Virus record (IMG/VR): IMGVR_UViG_3300046318_000369
Span: 1 to 63,785 of that record
DNA: 63,785 bases
Strand: one strand, 5' to 3'
Origin: a virus
Taxonomy: Duplodnaviria; Caudoviricetes
Both the position numbers and the translations under genes were made by a program. The notes beneath the pieces were generated by a model. It made no database searches, had not been told where the DNA came from, and saw only the letters and a program-made list of their open reading frames with translations. This document shows, one piece after another, positions 60,952 to 63,785 of the stretch. Every line of letters starts with the position of its first letter. Position 1 is the stretch's first letter.

Positions 60952-62538
60952 ATGGGAAGTAAAAATATAGATAATAAATTGGTAAAAACTGCGCATAGTA
61001 CGCAGAAATATACCGAACAAGATATTGAAGAACTGTTAAAATGTACAGATCCAATTAACGGCCCTCATTATTTTCTTGAGAACTTTTTCTTTATTCAGCA
61101 TCCAACAAAAGGCAAATTAAAATACGAACCTTTTGATTATCAACGTAGACTGATTGATAGTTATCACCAAAATAGATTCAATGTAAATTTACTTCCTCGT
61201 CAAACAGGTAAAACTACTACTGCCGCTGGTTACCTATTGTGGTATGCAATGTTTGTGCCAGACAGTACAATTCTTGTTGCTGCACACAAATACACAGGCG
61301 CACAAGAAATTATGCAACGTATAAGATATGCATACGAATTATGCCCTAATCATATACGGTGCGGCGCCACAAGTTATAATAAACAAAGTTTAGAATTTGA
61401 CAATGGTAGTCGTATTGTAGCACAAACTACAACTGAAACTACAGGTCGAGGCATGTCGTTATCGTTGTTATATGCTGACGAATTTGCATTCGTAGAACCG
61501 AATATTGCTACAGAATTCTGGACATCAATATCTCCAACTTTAGCAACTGGCGGAAAGGCAATTATTACTTCTACTCCTAACAGTGATGAAGATCAATTTG
61601 CATTAATATGGAAAGAAGCCAATTATAAATTTGACGAATTTGGCAATGAAACACCAGTAGGTAGAAATGGGTTTTGCCCATTTAGAGCATTTTGGAATGA
61701 ACACCCAGACAGGGACGAAGCATGGGCAAATACAGAACGAAGTAGAATAGGCGAAGAACGTTTTCGTCGTGAGCACGATTGTGAATTTTTGGTTTTTGAC
61801 GAAACATTAATCAATAGCATTACGCTTGCAAATCTAACTGGCGACGAACCATTTATGAAGATGGGACAAGCACGATGGTATAAAAAAATTAACCCAATGC
61901 ATTCGTACTTGTTAGCATTAGATCCTAGTTTAGGTACCGGCGGAGACCCTGCTGCGATACAAATTTTAGAAATACCTAGTTTTGAGCAAGTAGCAGAATG
62001 GCAACATAATCTAACTACAATACAAGGACAAGTTAGAATATTAAGAGATCTGTGTATGTATATTAACGACGAATGTGCTAAAAAAGGTATGCAGGCGAGT
62101 ATATATTATTCAGTCGAAAATAATAACATTGGTGAAGCAGCATTGGTTGCTATAGACGAAATTGGCGAAGAAAGTATACCGGGATTATTTTTAAGTGAAC
62201 CGATTAAAAAAGGACATGTTCGTAGATTCCGTAAAGGATTTAATACCACAAATTCTAGCAAAATTAATGCATGTGCAAAGCTTAAACATTTAGTTGAAAG
62301 TAAGAGACTAGGAATACATTCAAAAGCATTAATTAGTGAACTAAAAACTTACATTGCTAAAGGTGTTAGCTTTGAAGCAAAAGTAGGCTCTCATGACGAT
62401 TTAGTTAGTAGTACATTGCTTGCTATACGCATGGCATTAATGTTACAAGAATGGGATCCTGCAATATATGATAAAATGAGAGAGGAAAGGGATGATGAGT
62501 TTGTTATGCCGATGCCTATCTACATATCAAATTTTTAA
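60952..62538 (+). CDS. gp17: Terminase large subunit, T4 gp17-like
   Basis: PRQTGKTT Walker A, LLYADEFAF Walker B, ITSTPN, ALDPSLG and HDDLV nuclease motifs. Confidence 0.97.
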   Translation: MGSKNIDNKLVKTAHSTQKYTEQDIEELLKCTDPINGPHYFLENFFFIQHPTKGKLKYEPFDYQRRLIDSYHQNRFNVNLLPRQTGKTTTAAGYLLWYAMFVPDSTILVAAHKYTGAQEIMQRIRYAYELCPNHIRCGATSYNKQSLEFDNGSRIVAQTTTETTGRGMSLSLLYADEFAFVEPNIATEFWTSISPTLATGGKAIITSTPNSDEDQFALIWKEANYKFDEFGNETPVGRNGFCPFRAFWNEHPDRDEAWANTERSRIGEERFRREHDCEFLVFDETLINSITLANLTGDEPFMKMGQARWYKKINPMHSYLLALDPSLGTGGDPAAIQILEIPSFEQVAEWQHNLTTIQGQVRILRDLCMYINDECAKKGMQASIYYSVENNNIGEAALVAIDEIGEESIPGLFLSEPIKKGHVRRFRKGFNTTNSSKINACAKLKHLVESKRLGIHSKALISELKTYIAKGVSFEAKVGSHDDLVSSTLLAIRMALMLQEWDPAIYDKMREERDDEFVMPMPIYISNF

Positions 62539-62550
62539 TAAATAGTAATT

Positions 62551-63785
62551 ATGCAAGCAATTCAAATAATTTCTCAAGATCTTTTCGACAAAGTAAGAAG
62601 TCGTTTCCAAAATTTAGAAATGGGTGACGAAACAGGTGCAGTAACCATTGATCCTGTTGAAGCACGTTTTTTTGATTTTGATTTTGTTAACGAAGGCGTA
62701 AATTTAGGACGAGTTAGTATCAGCTTAAATGATCTAGGAAGTCTAAAAATTTATTACAGTAGAGGTATTACAGAAAATCAAGATGATCCTAGCAAACAAA
62801 TTTGGTACGATTTTCTTAAAGAAATGAGATTATTTTCTATGCGTAGATTGCTAAGATTTGATACTAGAGATATAGCAAAAAGTAATTTAGATAAAGACGA
62901 TTTCCAACATTTAGCAACTACACAAGGCCCAAAGGAAGAAGATACTATGAACATGAATGAATCAAAATGGAACCAAAAGAGTTCTAAAAAAACTAGTCGC
63001 GCAGTAAGAGGCACAACTGAAGTTATTGTTAGACATCACAGAGCAGTAGACGAAATGGTTCCTGGAAGCAGAAGCCAGCGTAAAAATATCAAAGGCATTT
63101 ATATTCAAAATAGAGATGGCGAACGATTTAAATATCCATTTATACATCCAGCAGGCGCATTTGCTATGGCTCAACACGTTGATCACGGGGGCATTCCTCA
63201 CGATCCAGCAGGTAAAGCAATTATTAGAATGAGTGAACAAATTGCTCAATTACAAGAATTTCAACGACAAGTACAACATACACAATTGCATGATGACGCA
63301 ATGGGCATTACAGAAAGGGCCGTAGGCCGACTACAAGAACTAAAAGCACAAATAGAATCATTAAGTAAGCGTCATCATTATGAATCCTGGATGGAAACTT
63401 TCCAAGAACCGTCGGATTCTGTATTAGGCGAATTAGATGCAGTTACTATGGAAACCTATAAATCTAAATTTACCGAAACTAATTTTAAAGAAAATCTTGC
63501 AAATTTCTTTCCATTAATTCATCAAATTATGCAAGAAACAGATACAGTCGATTTAGAAGATTTTGTCAAAGAAAGTGATAGCAACAAAAAATATACAGTT
63601 CACTGTAGCCAATGCGGCAATGAATTTAAGAGAGATAAAAATGAAGGATACAGTCATTGCAAAGATCACTTTAGCGTAACAGAAAATGTATTCAACGAAT
63701 TTGAGGAATGGGCGGATGCAGTTGAACAAAGAAAATTAACAGATGATCAAATTGATGATTTAAAGCGTGGCATAGAAGAACTACC
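62551..63785 (+). CDS. Large hypothetical protein, probably head-associated; runs off the window end
   Basis: Not in the ORF track. Open from ATG 62551 (MQAIQIISQDLFDKVRSRF...GERFKYPF...) to the end of the window; TAAATA at 62539. Confidence 0.85.
   Translation, partial: MQAIQIISQDLFDKVRSRFQNLEMGDETGAVTIDPVEARFFDFDFVNEGVNLGRVSISLNDLGSLKIYYSRGITENQDDPSKQIWYDFLKEMRLFSMRRLLRFDTRDIAKSNLDKDDFQHLATTQGPKEEDTMNMNESKWNQKSSKKTSRAVRGTTEVIVRHHRAVDEMVPGSRSQRKNIKGIYIQNRDGERFKYPFIHPAGAFAMAQHVDHGGIPHDPAGKAIIRMSEQIAQLQEFQRQVQHTQLHDDAMGITERAVGRLQELKAQIESLSKRHHYESWMETFQEPSDSVLGELDAVTMETYKSKFTETNFKENLANFFPLIHQIMQETDTVDLEDFVKESDSNKKYTVHCSQCGNEFKRDKNEGYSHCKDHFSVTENVFNEFEEWADAVEQRKLTDDQIDDLKRGIEEL

Noticed and set aside
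60952-62538. Intein or intron in the large terminase
   Set aside because: 528-aa continuous ORF with normally spaced ATPase and nuclease motifs.
62778-63249. Two minus-strand ORFs near the window end
   Set aside because: They are shadows of the long plus-strand ORF starting at 62551.
1-63785. Stop-codon reassignment, tRNA or rRNA genes
   Set aside because: Core genes are full length in the standard code, and no cloverleaf or rRNA-like sequence was recognised in the short intergenic spaces (by eye only).

Overview
This window is a ~64 kb late (morphogenesis) region of a large, AT-rich T4-like myovirus, probably a jumbo phage; the host cannot be read from the sequence. It encodes the major capsid protein, a block of large fibre-like virion proteins, neck and tail-completion proteins, dNMP kinase, tail sheath and tube, a gp4-like head-completion nuclease and both terminase subunits. 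Most genes are preceded by T4-type late promoters (TAAATA). Five things stand out. (1) A 2516-aa virion protein carries nine helical repeats, each with an invariant C-x-R-D motif whose spacing and flanking helices resemble the bilin-attachment region of phycobiliproteins. (2) Three paralogous ~1300-aa proteins each have exactly 21 FG-GAP-like blades (63 in all), with variable loop positions and exact DNA tracts shared between paralogues. (3) Two clusters of glycosyltransferase, methyltransferase, radical-SAM and oxygenase genes flank those paralogues, and each starts at a late promoter sitting in the loop of a hairpin that ends next to the start codon. (4) The gp15-like gene has no ATG in front of its apparent N-terminus and lies just behind a broken GIY-YIG endonuclease remnant. 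(5) Putative head-internal proteins have a T4-like capsid-targeting N-terminus and segments bounded by protease-type x-x-E sites. All family assignments come from motif recognition by eye; no searches were run.
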